From: Verrucomicrobiota bacterium
GTDB taxonomy: Bacteria > Verrucomicrobiota > Lentisphaeria > Lentisphaerales > Lentisphaeraceae
Reading direction: 5' to 3'
Length of the DNA: 64,000 bases
Assembly: GCA_039798785.1 (NCBI GenBank)
Contig: JBDKFG010000008.1
Span: 49,279-113,278, forward strand
Positions 9,331 through 18,723 of the stretch are shown here, piece after piece (the stretch's first letter is position 1; every line of letters begins with the position of its first letter). The position numbers were made by a program, and so were the translations under genes. The notes beneath the pieces were generated by a model, which worked only from the letters and a program-made list of their open reading frames with translations, did no database searches and was not told the DNA's origin.

Positions 9331-11385
9331 ATGATCCGCAAGCTTTTTCTTTTTTTGATCCTGAGTGCCGAGTGTCTCTGGGCGGCGCCGGAATTCGACC
9401 CTTGCTGGCAGGATGGGATGGTGTTGCAGCGGGGGCAGCCGATTGAAGTGAGGGGGCGTGCCGAAGCCGGCGAGGAGCTTGAGCTCAGCCTCGGAGGGAA
9501 ATCGGTGCGTTTCAAAGCTGACGCCGCGGGGCGCTGGACCGCCAGTCTTCCGGCCTTTGCGGCGGAGGGGCAAGGGAGGGATCTGCGACTTAGGGGCGGC
9601 AGCGGCGAGGCGGTGCTGAAGGAGGTTCTGATCGGCGACGTCTGGCTTTGTTCGGGTCAAAGCAACATGCTTTTCACCATCGGCCAATGCAGCGAAGGGA
9701 AGGCGGCGCTGGCGGCGGCGGACGCGAAGGCGCCGCTGCGGCTGATGAATTTCAAGATGAAATGGCAGACCGGTCCCGGCGCCTGGAAGTCCGGGCAGCT
9801 GCCCGTCGCGGCGACCTGGTTTGAGCCCGAGTGGTCCCGTCCTGACGCTGCTCATCTGAAGGACTTCTCGGCGGTGGCCTGGTTTTTCGGCCAGGGATTG
9901 ATCGCGGCTGAACCCGGAGTGCCGCTCGGCCTGATCAACTGCAGCGTCGGCGGCAGCGCCTTGATCTCCTGGCTGCCGGAAGACTGGCTGAAACGGGATG
10001 CTCTCGGAGCCAGCGAACTAGAGCATTGGCTGGACGGCAGCGGCGGCGAGGCGAGCTGGTGCGAAGTGCGGGCAGGGCAGAATCTGAGAGCGCTGAAAAA
10101 GCCCGGCGAAGCCTTCCACCCTTACAAACCGGGGGCCCTTGATGCGGCCGGCTATGCCCGGATGGAGGGCTTCCGCCTCGCCGGAATCCTTTGGTACCAG
10201 GGTGAGAGCGATGCCGAGCAGAGCTGGAGCGTACCGGCCTATCAACGCCTCCTGCCGGAGCTGGCGGCGTCGCTGCGCCGTCGCTTCGGCGAGCAGGCCG
10301 CCTTCGTCTGCATCCAGCTTCCAGGAATGGAGCGTCGTCTCTGGCCGGAGATGCGAGCGGCCCAAGCCGCCGCCTTGAAATCCGTGCCGCGCTCGGCCCT
10401 GGTCAGCACCTGGGACACCGGCGAGCGGAGGGACGTCCATCCCAAGGCGAAACAGGAAGTCGGCAGGCGGGCCGCGATCGCGGCAATCGCCTTGGCGAAG
10501 AAAGCCGAGCCCGCAGCGCCAGAGTTGCGCTCCGAGCGCTTCGAGGGCGGCGATCTGCTGCTCGCCTTCAGCTCCCCCGTGACTGGCCCGGCCAGCCCCG
10601 CCGGCTTCGAGATCCGCGACCGGAGCGGAACCTGGAAGACCGCCGCCGCCAGCCTCGAAAACGGCGGCATCCGGCTCAAGGCCGCCGCCGCCGGCCTGGC
10701 CTGGCGCTACGCCTGGAAACCCTTCCCCGGAATCGAAGCCTTGAAAGGCGCCAGCGGCCTGCCCGTGGTCCCCTGTCGCCGCGGCGGGGAAGTCCGTCGT
10801 CTCGCCTGTATCGGCGACTCGATCACCTATGGCATGGGAATCGAGAACCGCGATGCCGACAACTATCCCGCCCAGCTTCAACGGCTGCTTGGCGACGACT
10901 GGCTGCTTGGCAATTTCGGCAACAGCGGCCGATGCATCATCCTCAGCTCGAAACGCGGCAGCGAATCCCGCGCCTGGATGAAGCAGAAGGAGTTCCAACG
11001 GGCGCTGGCATTCGCCCCGGACAGCGTCGTCTGCAACCTCGGGATCAACGACGTCATGGCGTTCCAGGCCGCCGCTTTCGAAAAGGACTACTCCGCCTTG
11101 ATCGACGCCTTCCGGAGGCAGGGAAAGCCGGAAATCCGCATCTGGGCCCCCCTGCCGCCGCTCTTCAAGGGCCAGAAATATTTCGGCAGCCCGGCCCTCG
11201 CCGGAATCGAGGCTTCGCTGCAGAAGCTTGCCCGCGCCTGCAAGGTGAAGACCATCGACATGAAAAGCCCCTTCGTGGAGCGGGGCGACCTCTTCCCTGA
11301 CCACATCCACCCCAACGGCGAAGGCGCCAGCATCATCGCCAGAGAAGTGGCGAAAAGCCTGCAGGACGACGGCCGCGGCCACTGA
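9331..11385 (+). CDS. Secreted sialate O-acetylesterase-like protein fused to a GDSL/SGNH hydrolase
   Basis: GDVWLCSGQSNM, WYQGESD, DVHP; second domain GDSITYG, LGIND, DHIHPN; signal peptide. Confidence 0.9.
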   Translation: MIRKLFLFLILSAECLWAAPEFDPCWQDGMVLQRGQPIEVRGRAEAGEELELSLGGKSVRFKADAAGRWTASLPAFAAEGQGRDLRLRGGSGEAVLKEVLIGDVWLCSGQSNMLFTIGQCSEGKAALAAADAKAPLRLMNFKMKWQTGPGAWKSGQLPVAATWFEPEWSRPDAAHLKDFSAVAWFFGQGLIAAEPGVPLGLINCSVGGSALISWLPEDWLKRDALGASELEHWLDGSGGEASWCEVRAGQNLRALKKPGEAFHPYKPGALDAAGYARMEGFRLAGILWYQGESDAEQSWSVPAYQRLLPELAASLRRRFGEQAAFVCIQLPGMERRLWPEMRAAQAAALKSVPRSALVSTWDTGERRDVHPKAKQEVGRRAAIAAIALAKKAEPAAPELRSERFEGGDLLLAFSSPVTGPASPAGFEIRDRSGTWKTAAASLENGGIRLKAAAAGLAWRYAWKPFPGIEALKGASGLPVVPCRRGGEVRRLACIGDSITYGMGIENRDADNYPAQLQRLLGDDWLLGNFGNSGRCIILSSKRGSESRAWMKQKEFQRALAFAPDSVVCNLGINDVMAFQAAAFEKDYSALIDAFRRQGKPEIRIWAPLPPLFKGQKYFGSPALAGIEASLQKLARACKVKTIDMKSPFVERGDLFPDHIHPNGEGASIIAREVAKSLQDDGRGH

Positions 11386-11529
11386 ATTTGTCCTTCCCCA
11401 GGCCTAGGGCTTCGCCGAGACTCCGGCTTTCCTCCGGGGCGTCGCCAAACCGCCAGGCACCGCAGCGTCCGCGAGCGGATGGCGTGAATCCTAATTCACC
11501 TCTCAGTCACTTCAAGAAGCAAGTTTTTC

Positions 11530-11559
11530 TTGACAAAGCAGAGTTTCAAGGCGTATACT
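11530..11559 (+). promoter_or_regulatory. Putative sigma70 promoter
   Basis: TTGACA-N18-TATACT about 80 nt upstream of the response regulator start. Confidence 0.6.
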
Positions 11560-11639
11560 GGGATGCAGGCAATCCTGTAATTGCTCTGCGCTGCCCGAGG
11601 TCGGGCTTACAACTGTGTTCACTTGGAGCGGCTAGCCAT

Positions 11640-12680
11640 ATGGATACTCCCGAGCCCCCCCCCCCTCAAGCTCTCGGCCGCAGGTCGCAGATCCTGGCAG
11701 TGGATGACAATCCTGCCAATCTCAAGATCTTGTCGCGCATGCTCGAGAGCATCGGATACGAGGTCCGCTTTGCCAGCGACGGCCTGCGGGCGCTGGATTG
11801 CCTGCGTTGCGAGCGCCCCGATTTGATTCTCATGGACATTCACATGCCCGGACTCGACGGATATGAAACCTGCCGCCGCCTCAAGGCCGATCCGCTGCGC
11901 CGTGACATCCCGGTGATTTTCTGCACCGCTCTCAACGACGACTTCAACAAAAGCCTGGCCTATTCAGTCGGGGGCATCGACTACATCACCAAGCCGTATT
12001 TCCTGGTCGAATTCGAGACGCGCCTGAAGGTGCACCTGGCGCACAGCCGGCAACAGCGCTGCCTCGAACTTCTCGGGCATGCCCTCGAGCATCAACTGGG
12101 GGGCGTCTTCCTCGCCACCGGCAGACGCTTCAGCCATGACGCGGTCCTGCAGAGCGGAGAACCCCTCCTTTCCCATCTTCTGCCGGCGGCAGAATACCTG
12201 CAGCGCCTGCCCGGCCTGCTGCAAGACCGGACTCACGAAGTGCCCGGACGCCGGATCAACCTCCTCTCGAGCCTCCGCGGAACCCAGAGTTTCTTCACTG
12301 CCGAGCTGCGGCAGCGGGGTGTTACCCTGCATCTCCATTTCGACCGCTCCCTGCCCGACGTCAGCGGCGACGAAGCCCTGTTTCTTTTCGGAGTGATCCA
12401 CAACAGCCTGCTCGGGCTTGTCGAACTCGACGCCGCAGGCCGTCCCCTCAATCTCGAGCCGTACAGCCTCGGCCTGCACCATGGGGTGAAACTCCAGATC
12501 CCCGGAGGGCGAGTTCCTGCGGAAGTGCTGGACCTGATCTGTGAAGGAGCCAGCGGCAAGCTGGCGGTAGCCGGCCTTGCTCTTGCACGCGAGCTGCAGC
12601 TGCGGATGGGCGGCATCTTCGAATTCAACGAGAATCCTGACGCCCTTGAGCTTCTGATCCTGCTGCCCGGTGTCGCATGA
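11640..12680 (+). CDS. Response regulator (REC) with a degenerate histidine-kinase-like C-terminus
   Basis: VDDN, LMDIHMP, DYITKP; C-terminus lacks a clear H-box but keeps a GLALAREL..RMGG G2-like segment. Confidence 0.85.
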   Translation: MDTPEPPPPQALGRRSQILAVDDNPANLKILSRMLESIGYEVRFASDGLRALDCLRCERPDLILMDIHMPGLDGYETCRRLKADPLRRDIPVIFCTALNDDFNKSLAYSVGGIDYITKPYFLVEFETRLKVHLAHSRQQRCLELLGHALEHQLGGVFLATGRRFSHDAVLQSGEPLLSHLLPAAEYLQRLPGLLQDRTHEVPGRRINLLSSLRGTQSFFTAELRQRGVTLHLHFDRSLPDVSGDEALFLFGVIHNSLLGLVELDAAGRPLNLEPYSLGLHHGVKLQIPGGRVPAEVLDLICEGASGKLAVAGLALARELQLRMGGIFEFNENPDALELLILLPGVA

Positions 12681-14827
12681 AGCCGTCTGAAAGGGGAGGC
12701 GGCTCTTCGCTCGCCGCCGCCGACACGAAGCTGCTGGGCGCCGAGCTGCTCCTGGGAGCCTTGGCCTTGATTCCGGCGCTGATCTTCTGCCAGCCCCGCT
12801 GGCCGGTGCTGCTGATCGCGGCGATCTTCGGCGCCTGCCTGATTTTCCGCCGCCGCTTCCTCGGCCGCCAGGTGCTGGGCCCCTTGGACGAGCTCGCCCG
12901 GCGCCTCGACGCCCGCCTCCGGCGGGAGGACCGGGCCGAACAAGGCCAGCTGCCGGCCGAGCTGATGGCCGTCGACCGCCATTGCGCCGAGCTTTTCGCC
13001 GGCATACTCGCCCAGGAGCAGCAGGTCGCAGACGCCCATGGCCGGGCCGAGGAAGGCCAGATGCAGGCGGCGATCAAGGCCGGGGTGATGCGCGAACTGG
13101 TCAGCGGCGACTCATTCACGGAACAGGTCCGCCGCGCCTTCCAGCGCCTCGCCCTGGCGGTCCCTTCCGGACACGAAGAGCGCTTCGCACTCTTCGTACC
13201 TCATCCCGACCTCGGCCTGGTGGCGGTGTGCGCCCCGGAGCAGCTCGATCCGGACGACGCCGCCGCCCTGCGCGAAGCGGCGCACAGCTGCCTCGACTTG
13301 CACCGCACCCTTTCAGGCTCGCGCTGGGAAGCCTTCCCGATCCACATCGCGAACGGCGAGCTGATCGGCGTCCTCTGTCACGGCGCCGGGCTCGGCCGCG
13401 AGCTCCTTCGCGACATCATCGAGATGGTCAGCCTCGCCCTCCTGGCGGAACAGCGCCGGCAGGAGTTGGAGACCGCCTGCCGGGCGGCGGAGGAGGCGAC
13501 GCGGCTCAAGGCCGCCTTCCTGGCCAACATGAGCCACGAGATCCGGACGCCGATGAACGCCATCCTCGGCCATGCCCAGCTGCTCGAACGGAGCCAGTCC
13601 CTGCCCCCCGACCTGCAAAGCAGCGTCAGCTCGATCAGCCGCGCCGGCGAATGGCTGCTCCATCTGATCAACGACATTCTTGACTTGTCGAAGATCCAGG
13701 CGTCGAAGCTCCAGCTCGAACTCGCCGCCGTCAACCCCGCCAGCCTGGCCCGCGATGCCGCCGTGCTCTTCAAGCCCAGAGCGGCCGCCCAGAAGCTCAG
13801 CCTCGAGCTCGAACTGCCGCCCAGCTCGCCGCCCCTGCTCTGCGACCCCCGCCGCATTTCCCAGGTGCTGGCCAACCTCCTCAGCAATGCGGTGAAATTC
13901 ACCGAGGAGGGCGGAATCAAACTGAGGCTGAGCTCGAAGCTCGACGCCGCCGGCCTGGTCGCGGTCCGCATCGAGGTCGAAGACAGCGGCGTGGGCATCG
14001 CCGAGGCGGAGAAGGCATCCCTCTTCACCAAGTTCGAACAGGGCAGTGCCGGCCGCAGCCGGGGCGGCACCGGCCTCGGCCTGGCGATCTCCCGCGAGAT
14101 CGCCAGGATGCACATGGGCGATCTCAGCTACGAGCCCGCCCCGGGACGCGGCAGCCGGTTCATCTTTGAATTCCGGGGCAAACCCGCCCCTCCTCCGTCC
14201 GCGACTCCCGAACGCCGCCGCCGCCGCGCCATGCCGGGCAGCGGCTTCCGCATCATCGCCATCGACGACAACAGCGCCAACCTCGAGCTCCTCCAAGCGA
14301 TCTGCCGCCAAGAAGGCATTCTATTGCGCAGCTTCGACTCCGCCCGCCCCGCCCTCGAGGCGATCATCGCCGATCCACCCCAGTTGATCGTCACCGATAT
14401 CGTCATGCCTGATCTCGATGGCTTCAGCTTTCTCCAGCTCCTGCGGGAACGCCTGCCGGAACACCCCCCGGTGATCGCCGCCAGCGCCTCGGTCGATGCC
14501 GACGCCATCGCGCGCATCCGACAGGGACCTTTCGCGGGATTCCTCAACAAACCCCTCGATATAAACCTCTTTCTCCAAGCCTGCGCCGAGCACGGCCTTC
14601 CCCTCGCCGATGCCGACGAGGAGACGGCGAACACCGGCTCGCTGCAAGAGGAGATCGACAGCCTCGGCCCCGACGAACGGCGTCAGCTCGCCGCCGAGCT
14701 CGCCCGCGGCGACTTGCGGGCGATGCGGCGGCTCTGCTGCGACGGCCGCCTCCCCATCCTCCTTCGGACCATCGATGACTGCGAGCTCAACCTGATCTCC
14801 AGCTGCCTCGAATCGCCGCCCGGATGA
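12677..14827 (+). CDS. Hybrid sensor histidine kinase/response regulator
   Basis: FLANMSHEIRTPMN H-box, NLLSNAVKFT, DSGVG, GGTGLGL, C-terminal REC (TDIVMP); ATGA overlap with upstream gene. Confidence 0.93.
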   Translation: MKPSERGGGSSLAAADTKLLGAELLLGALALIPALIFCQPRWPVLLIAAIFGACLIFRRRFLGRQVLGPLDELARRLDARLRREDRAEQGQLPAELMAVDRHCAELFAGILAQEQQVADAHGRAEEGQMQAAIKAGVMRELVSGDSFTEQVRRAFQRLALAVPSGHEERFALFVPHPDLGLVAVCAPEQLDPDDAAALREAAHSCLDLHRTLSGSRWEAFPIHIANGELIGVLCHGAGLGRELLRDIIEMVSLALLAEQRRQELETACRAAEEATRLKAAFLANMSHEIRTPMNAILGHAQLLERSQSLPPDLQSSVSSISRAGEWLLHLINDILDLSKIQASKLQLELAAVNPASLARDAAVLFKPRAAAQKLSLELELPPSSPPLLCDPRRISQVLANLLSNAVKFTEEGGIKLRLSSKLDAAGLVAVRIEVEDSGVGIAEAEKASLFTKFEQGSAGRSRGGTGLGLAISREIARMHMGDLSYEPAPGRGSRFIFEFRGKPAPPPSATPERRRRRAMPGSGFRIIAIDDNSANLELLQAICRQEGILLRSFDSARPALEAIIADPPQLIVTDIVMPDLDGFSFLQLLRERLPEHPPVIAASASVDADAIARIRQGPFAGFLNKPLDINLFLQACAEHGLPLADADEETANTGSLQEEIDSLGPDERRQLAAELARGDLRAMRRLCCDGRLPILLRTIDDCELNLISSCLESPPG

Positions 14828-14910
14828 ACGGAAGCTTTTCCCTGCCCGGCCCGAGCCAAGGCGGAATCGCCGGGTAATTTGCGGCAAACGCACTCTTACC
14901 AGGACCAGTC

Positions 14911-15438
14911 ATGAAATTCCTCCGCCTCATCCTTTGCTCCTTCGCCATCCTGGCGACCGGCTGCTCAGGACCCCGCGTCGTCGTCCTCGATCCCCAGCAA
15001 ATGGAGCTCCGCACCGACCGTTACATCTGGACCGTGTCGAAGGCCAGCGGCTGCATCAGTTCTCTCGACAAGGTGGAGAAAGCCTGGTGGCTGCCCTGGG
15101 CCGAGGAGACCAGGGAGCGCCTCCACTCCGCCATCCCGGAGGAATACCCGGCCCCCGCTCAAAGCGTCCTCAACCACGACCAGAGTTCCCTGACCCTGAC
15201 CGCCGCGGCGCCGCAGCTGGCTTGGAAGTTCTCGCGCACCTACACGCTCGATGACGACGGCACCCTCCAAGTCCAGTGCAACCTCAACAACCGCAGCGAC
15301 GAAGATCTCCCCTGGAACTGGCGGCTTCGACTGCCTTTCCCCCTCGAGGGCGGCTACACCCAGGATGTGCCCGCCCCGCGCCTCGTCCGCGCCGGAGAAA
15401 GCGCCGCCTGGCATTTCTCCCTCAAACCCCAGGAGTAA
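14911..15438 (+). CDS. Hypothetical lipoprotein
   Basis: Lipobox ATGC; AGGA RBS. Confidence 0.65.
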   Translation: MKFLRLILCSFAILATGCSGPRVVVLDPQQMELRTDRYIWTVSKASGCISSLDKVEKAWWLPWAEETRERLHSAIPEEYPAPAQSVLNHDQSSLTLTAAAPQLAWKFSRTYTLDDDGTLQVQCNLNNRSDEDLPWNWRLRLPFPLEGGYTQDVPAPRLVRAGESAAWHFSLKPQE

Positions 15439-15441
15439 AAC

Positions 15442-16269
15442 ATGCTCAGTCTCCTTCCTCTCTTGACCGCCGTCAGCACCGGCGGCGACGCCATCCCGCC
15501 CCGGCAAGAGACCGAAGCCTGGACCCAGAGGATGATGCCGGTGGTGCAGCAGACCTGCATGAACAACGCCAACACCATGCTCGGAGCGATGTCGCTGCTC
15601 AGCTCAGGAAGGCAGGCCGGCGACTGGTTCCAGAATCCCGAGCTCAGCCTCGACAGCAGCTATTCGCGCCAGCGCTTCGACGGCATCGGCAGCGGCTACA
15701 CTTTCAGCAACCGCCTCGGCTTGAGCAGCGAAGTCGGTAGCGGCACCCTCCTCGGTGGCGGCGTCACCCAGTCCCGCAGCACCCCCGGCGATGAAACCGA
15801 AAGCCTTGGCGGCGACCTCTTCGTCCACCAGGAAATCGATGAACATTATGGATTTGCCGCCTTCATCCTCGCCGACCAGGTCGACATCCCCGCGCGCGGC
15901 AAGGATACTGGAATCCTCGGCGCCGGCCTTTCCTTCACCAGCTTCCACGATCTCGGCGGCGGCTTCGATTTCTCCAGCATCCACACCCTGTCTTGGATCG
16001 ATTACGAGCTCAACGCCGGATTGATGGGCATGAGCACCGGACGCCTGGCCTACAGCTGGAGCGAGTCCCTGGAAAGCAGCCTCTTCGGCACGCTCTTCCA
16101 CGATTTCGGCCCGGATGTCGGCCAGGACAACACCTGGTTCGACGTCGGTGTCGATTGCGACTGGATGATCAGCGACAGCTTCAGCCTCGGCCTCAGCTAC
16201 AGCCGCAAGGTCCGCCTCGAAGACGTCAGCAGCCACTGCTACGGCATGCGCCTGGTCTGGGCCTTCTGA
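15442..16269 (+). CDS. Putative outer-membrane beta-barrel protein
   Basis: Alternating amphipathic strands, C-terminal aromatic (LVWAF); AGGAG RBS. Confidence 0.65.
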   Translation: MLSLLPLLTAVSTGGDAIPPRQETEAWTQRMMPVVQQTCMNNANTMLGAMSLLSSGRQAGDWFQNPELSLDSSYSRQRFDGIGSGYTFSNRLGLSSEVGSGTLLGGGVTQSRSTPGDETESLGGDLFVHQEIDEHYGFAAFILADQVDIPARGKDTGILGAGLSFTSFHDLGGGFDFSSIHTLSWIDYELNAGLMGMSTGRLAYSWSESLESSLFGTLFHDFGPDVGQDNTWFDVGVDCDWMISDSFSLGLSYSRKVRLEDVSSHCYGMRLVWAF

Positions 16270-16302
16270 GGCCGCCGCCCGGCTTGGCCAAGACTAGGCT
16301 GC

Positions 16303-17196
16303 CTAAGGCCGCTTCGGCGGGAGAATTTCCAGGTTGCCTTTGAAAACCCAGCCCTGAAGAGGCGCCCGGATCTCTTGCCGGCCACGAATGGTGAAAATCT
16401 GCATCGTCACGGCTTCCCGGCTGATCACGTAGGCCAGGGTCCATTCGCCCTCGGGCAACTTCACTTTCTGCTCCTTCATCACCAGGAATCGCGCTTGCAA
16501 ATCATGCGCTTCAAAAAGGGGCGCCACGCGCCTGGGCTGCAGCAGCAAGCCCGCGATCTCCTCAGGCGTGTAGATTTTCCTGCCTTGCGGCAAAGCCGAA
16601 GGGCAAAACCAGGTCTCTCCAGTCAATCTGGCCTGTCCGAGAGGACGGGGATACTTGCGGAATTGCTCCGCCTGCCCCGCCTGCAGATAGACGGCGCAGT
16701 CCCTGTCGCATCGCCTCCTCAAAGCGGCTAACTTGTCGACGACATCAGTCTGGTCGACCGAGATGGTCGGCACAGCCCTGCGCCCCTGCAAAGCCAAGGA
16801 AGCGCGGTATTCCAATATCAGCGCCTGCATCTGCTGCTTGTAGCTCGCCACGCCGGCCAGCGGCTCCGCTTTGATCAATTGGCTCAAAGCTTCGGGCTTC
16901 AGACGGGCGACCTGCTCCTCAAGATGCATCATTTTGCGCGGCAGCTGCTTATACTTAACCTTCATATACAGGCCCAAATACAGCCGCTCCAGATAATATT
17001 GGCAGTCGCAGACATAGAGAGTGTGAGGATCAAGCCGGACACCGGATTCGTTGGCGATCTGTCCCGGCGCCAGTTCAGGCAGATCGAATTTCATCTGCAC
17101 ATCGGTGACGATCGTCGACGCCGGAGCCTCCCCTGGTGCGACAGCAGCCGGGGCCGGGGCCTGCCACAAGCAGAGCGTTAGCAGGGCCTCAATCAT
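16303..17196 (-). CDS. Exported hypothetical protein
   Basis: Signal-like N-terminus; 4-nt overlap with upstream gene; ends GWVFKGNLE. Confidence 0.65.
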   Translation of the reverse strand: MIEALLTLCLWQAPAPAAVAPGEAPASTIVTDVQMKFDLPELAPGQIANESGVRLDPHTLYVCDCQYYLERLYLGLYMKVKYKQLPRKMMHLEEQVARLKPEALSQLIKAEPLAGVASYKQQMQALILEYRASLALQGRRAVPTISVDQTDVVDKLAALRRRCDRDCAVYLQAGQAEQFRKYPRPLGQARLTGETWFCPSALPQGRKIYTPEEIAGLLLQPRRVAPLFEAHDLQARFLVMKEQKVKLPEGEWTLAYVISREAVTMQIFTIRGRQEIRAPLQGWVFKGNLEILPPKRP

Positions 17197-18509
17197 TTGG
17201 CCTCAAGGTCAGTTTCCAAGACCCATCCATAACAATAACAATTCTCCGCCACTCGCCTTTTAGTCTCCACTGCTTTATTGGACTTTAACTGATAGGCATA
17301 CACGGGCTGCGGCAAGGCGGTGCGCACCATACAAATCGTCACATTTTCTTTGCCGGCTAAAATCTGCCGTTTGTCAATCACTTTCAATTCACAGCCCTTG
17401 CTGAATCCCACGACTTCACAATTCTCAAAGGCGTGACCTTTTAAAAATTCACCCGGCAATTTGCTGGCAATTTTCTCACCCAATCTATATTTCTGCAGGG
17501 TTTTAACTATATTCAATGTCGCCTCACTCTCAATCTTCTGCCTCAACTTAATCTCCGCGGCAGTTTCATCACTATACATGATCGGCAACACCCTCTTCCC
17601 GTAAATCATGCCATTGTAAGCATGGCAATAATTACTCGGATACATAACTATAAAATCATTTTTGGGAGCCCATTTTTCAAAAGGCAGGGGGAACTCCATT
17701 TGGCTATGCGCAATGCCATTGGTCGCTATCCACGGCGTCTGATCAATTGTTAACCGAGGGTTATTCCCTCTGTTTTCACGCACTCTCACAACAACATGCC
17801 TGGACATAGTGTAATCATAAGATTGATGAGCGTGGCTTCTAAAGGGCGTGTACATGGAATGAAGATCACTAGCAATTTTCTTCATTGCCAAACGTTCTTT
17901 AAGAAGCTCCTCCCCATCTTCCAGTTTTTTATCAAACAGGTCAAATGATTCCTTTTTTCGAATAATCATTTGATGGCTTCGCATCTCCAAATACTTTTTA
18001 CCGAATAATTCACAATAGCAAATGAACCTAATAAATTCTGGATTCTCTTTGTAGACATCACCTTTTTTATAATCAATAAGTCGTCTTTCATACGGCGTTA
18101 TTTTATCTGGTTGCTCAATCGATTTTTTTCCGGCATCCAGAACAATTTGCAGCCACTTCGTTTTTTCTTTTTCAATTTTGATTTTATCTTTTTCACACGT
18201 CGCCAAATCGATTTTTTTAAGATCCAATCTACCAGTACCCCAAGGAACACTGTAATAACCCAGCTTCAGGACCTTGGCATAAACTAGCATATTCACCACA
18301 TAAGCAGATTCAAGATCATAAGGCAAGCCGTTCGCATCAATAAATCTACCCTCCTTGACGGGATGCTCGGCGAAGGCATAAGCCGGCAAGGTCCATGCTT
18401 CTTCCACTTGCCCCTTCACCAGCGGCGGCGCTGGAGGTGCTGCCGGCGGCTCGGGGAGCTTCAAGCAAAACGAGCTGCACAGGGCGATGACAAGGGCGAA
18501 AGAAGTCAC
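17193..18509 (-). CDS. Exported hypothetical protein with an AT-rich core
   Basis: 438-aa ORF in AT-rich DNA; signal plus Pro-rich linker; ends GWVLETDLE. Confidence 0.7.
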   Translation of the reverse strand: MTSFALVIALCSSFCLKLPEPPAAPPAPPLVKGQVEEAWTLPAYAFAEHPVKEGRFIDANGLPYDLESAYVVNMLVYAKVLKLGYYSVPWGTGRLDLKKIDLATCEKDKIKIEKEKTKWLQIVLDAGKKSIEQPDKITPYERRLIDYKKGDVYKENPEFIRFICYCELFGKKYLEMRSHQMIIRKKESFDLFDKKLEDGEELLKERLAMKKIASDLHSMYTPFRSHAHQSYDYTMSRHVVVRVRENRGNNPRLTIDQTPWIATNGIAHSQMEFPLPFEKWAPKNDFIVMYPSNYCHAYNGMIYGKRVLPIMYSDETAAEIKLRQKIESEATLNIVKTLQKYRLGEKIASKLPGEFLKGHAFENCEVVGFSKGCELKVIDKRQILAGKENVTICMVRTALPQPVYAYQLKSNKAVETKRRVAENCYCYGWVLETDLEAK

Positions 18510-18669
18510 GGGGGGATTCCATTGCTGTTTCAGATCTATTTGTTAAGAACGGTAAGAATTTCAATGGCTTGGAGGCCACGTCAAGGCCTCTGCTGAAGAT
18601 TTCCGCCCTTCAACCGCTTTTCAATTTTAAGCCCTTGATGCCAATCGGCAAAGAAGGCGGAATCTCATC

Positions 18670-18684
18670 TGGCATGGAGTCTGC
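18670..18684 (+). promoter_or_regulatory. Putative sigma54 (-24/-12) promoter of the maf-fliS operon
   Basis: TGGCATG-GAGT-CTGC matches TGGCACG-N4-TTGC spacing about 40 nt before the ATG. Confidence 0.45.
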
Positions 18685-18723
18685 GCGGCCTTAGTTGCCC
18701 CCTTCATTCAATCCGAGGAATCC

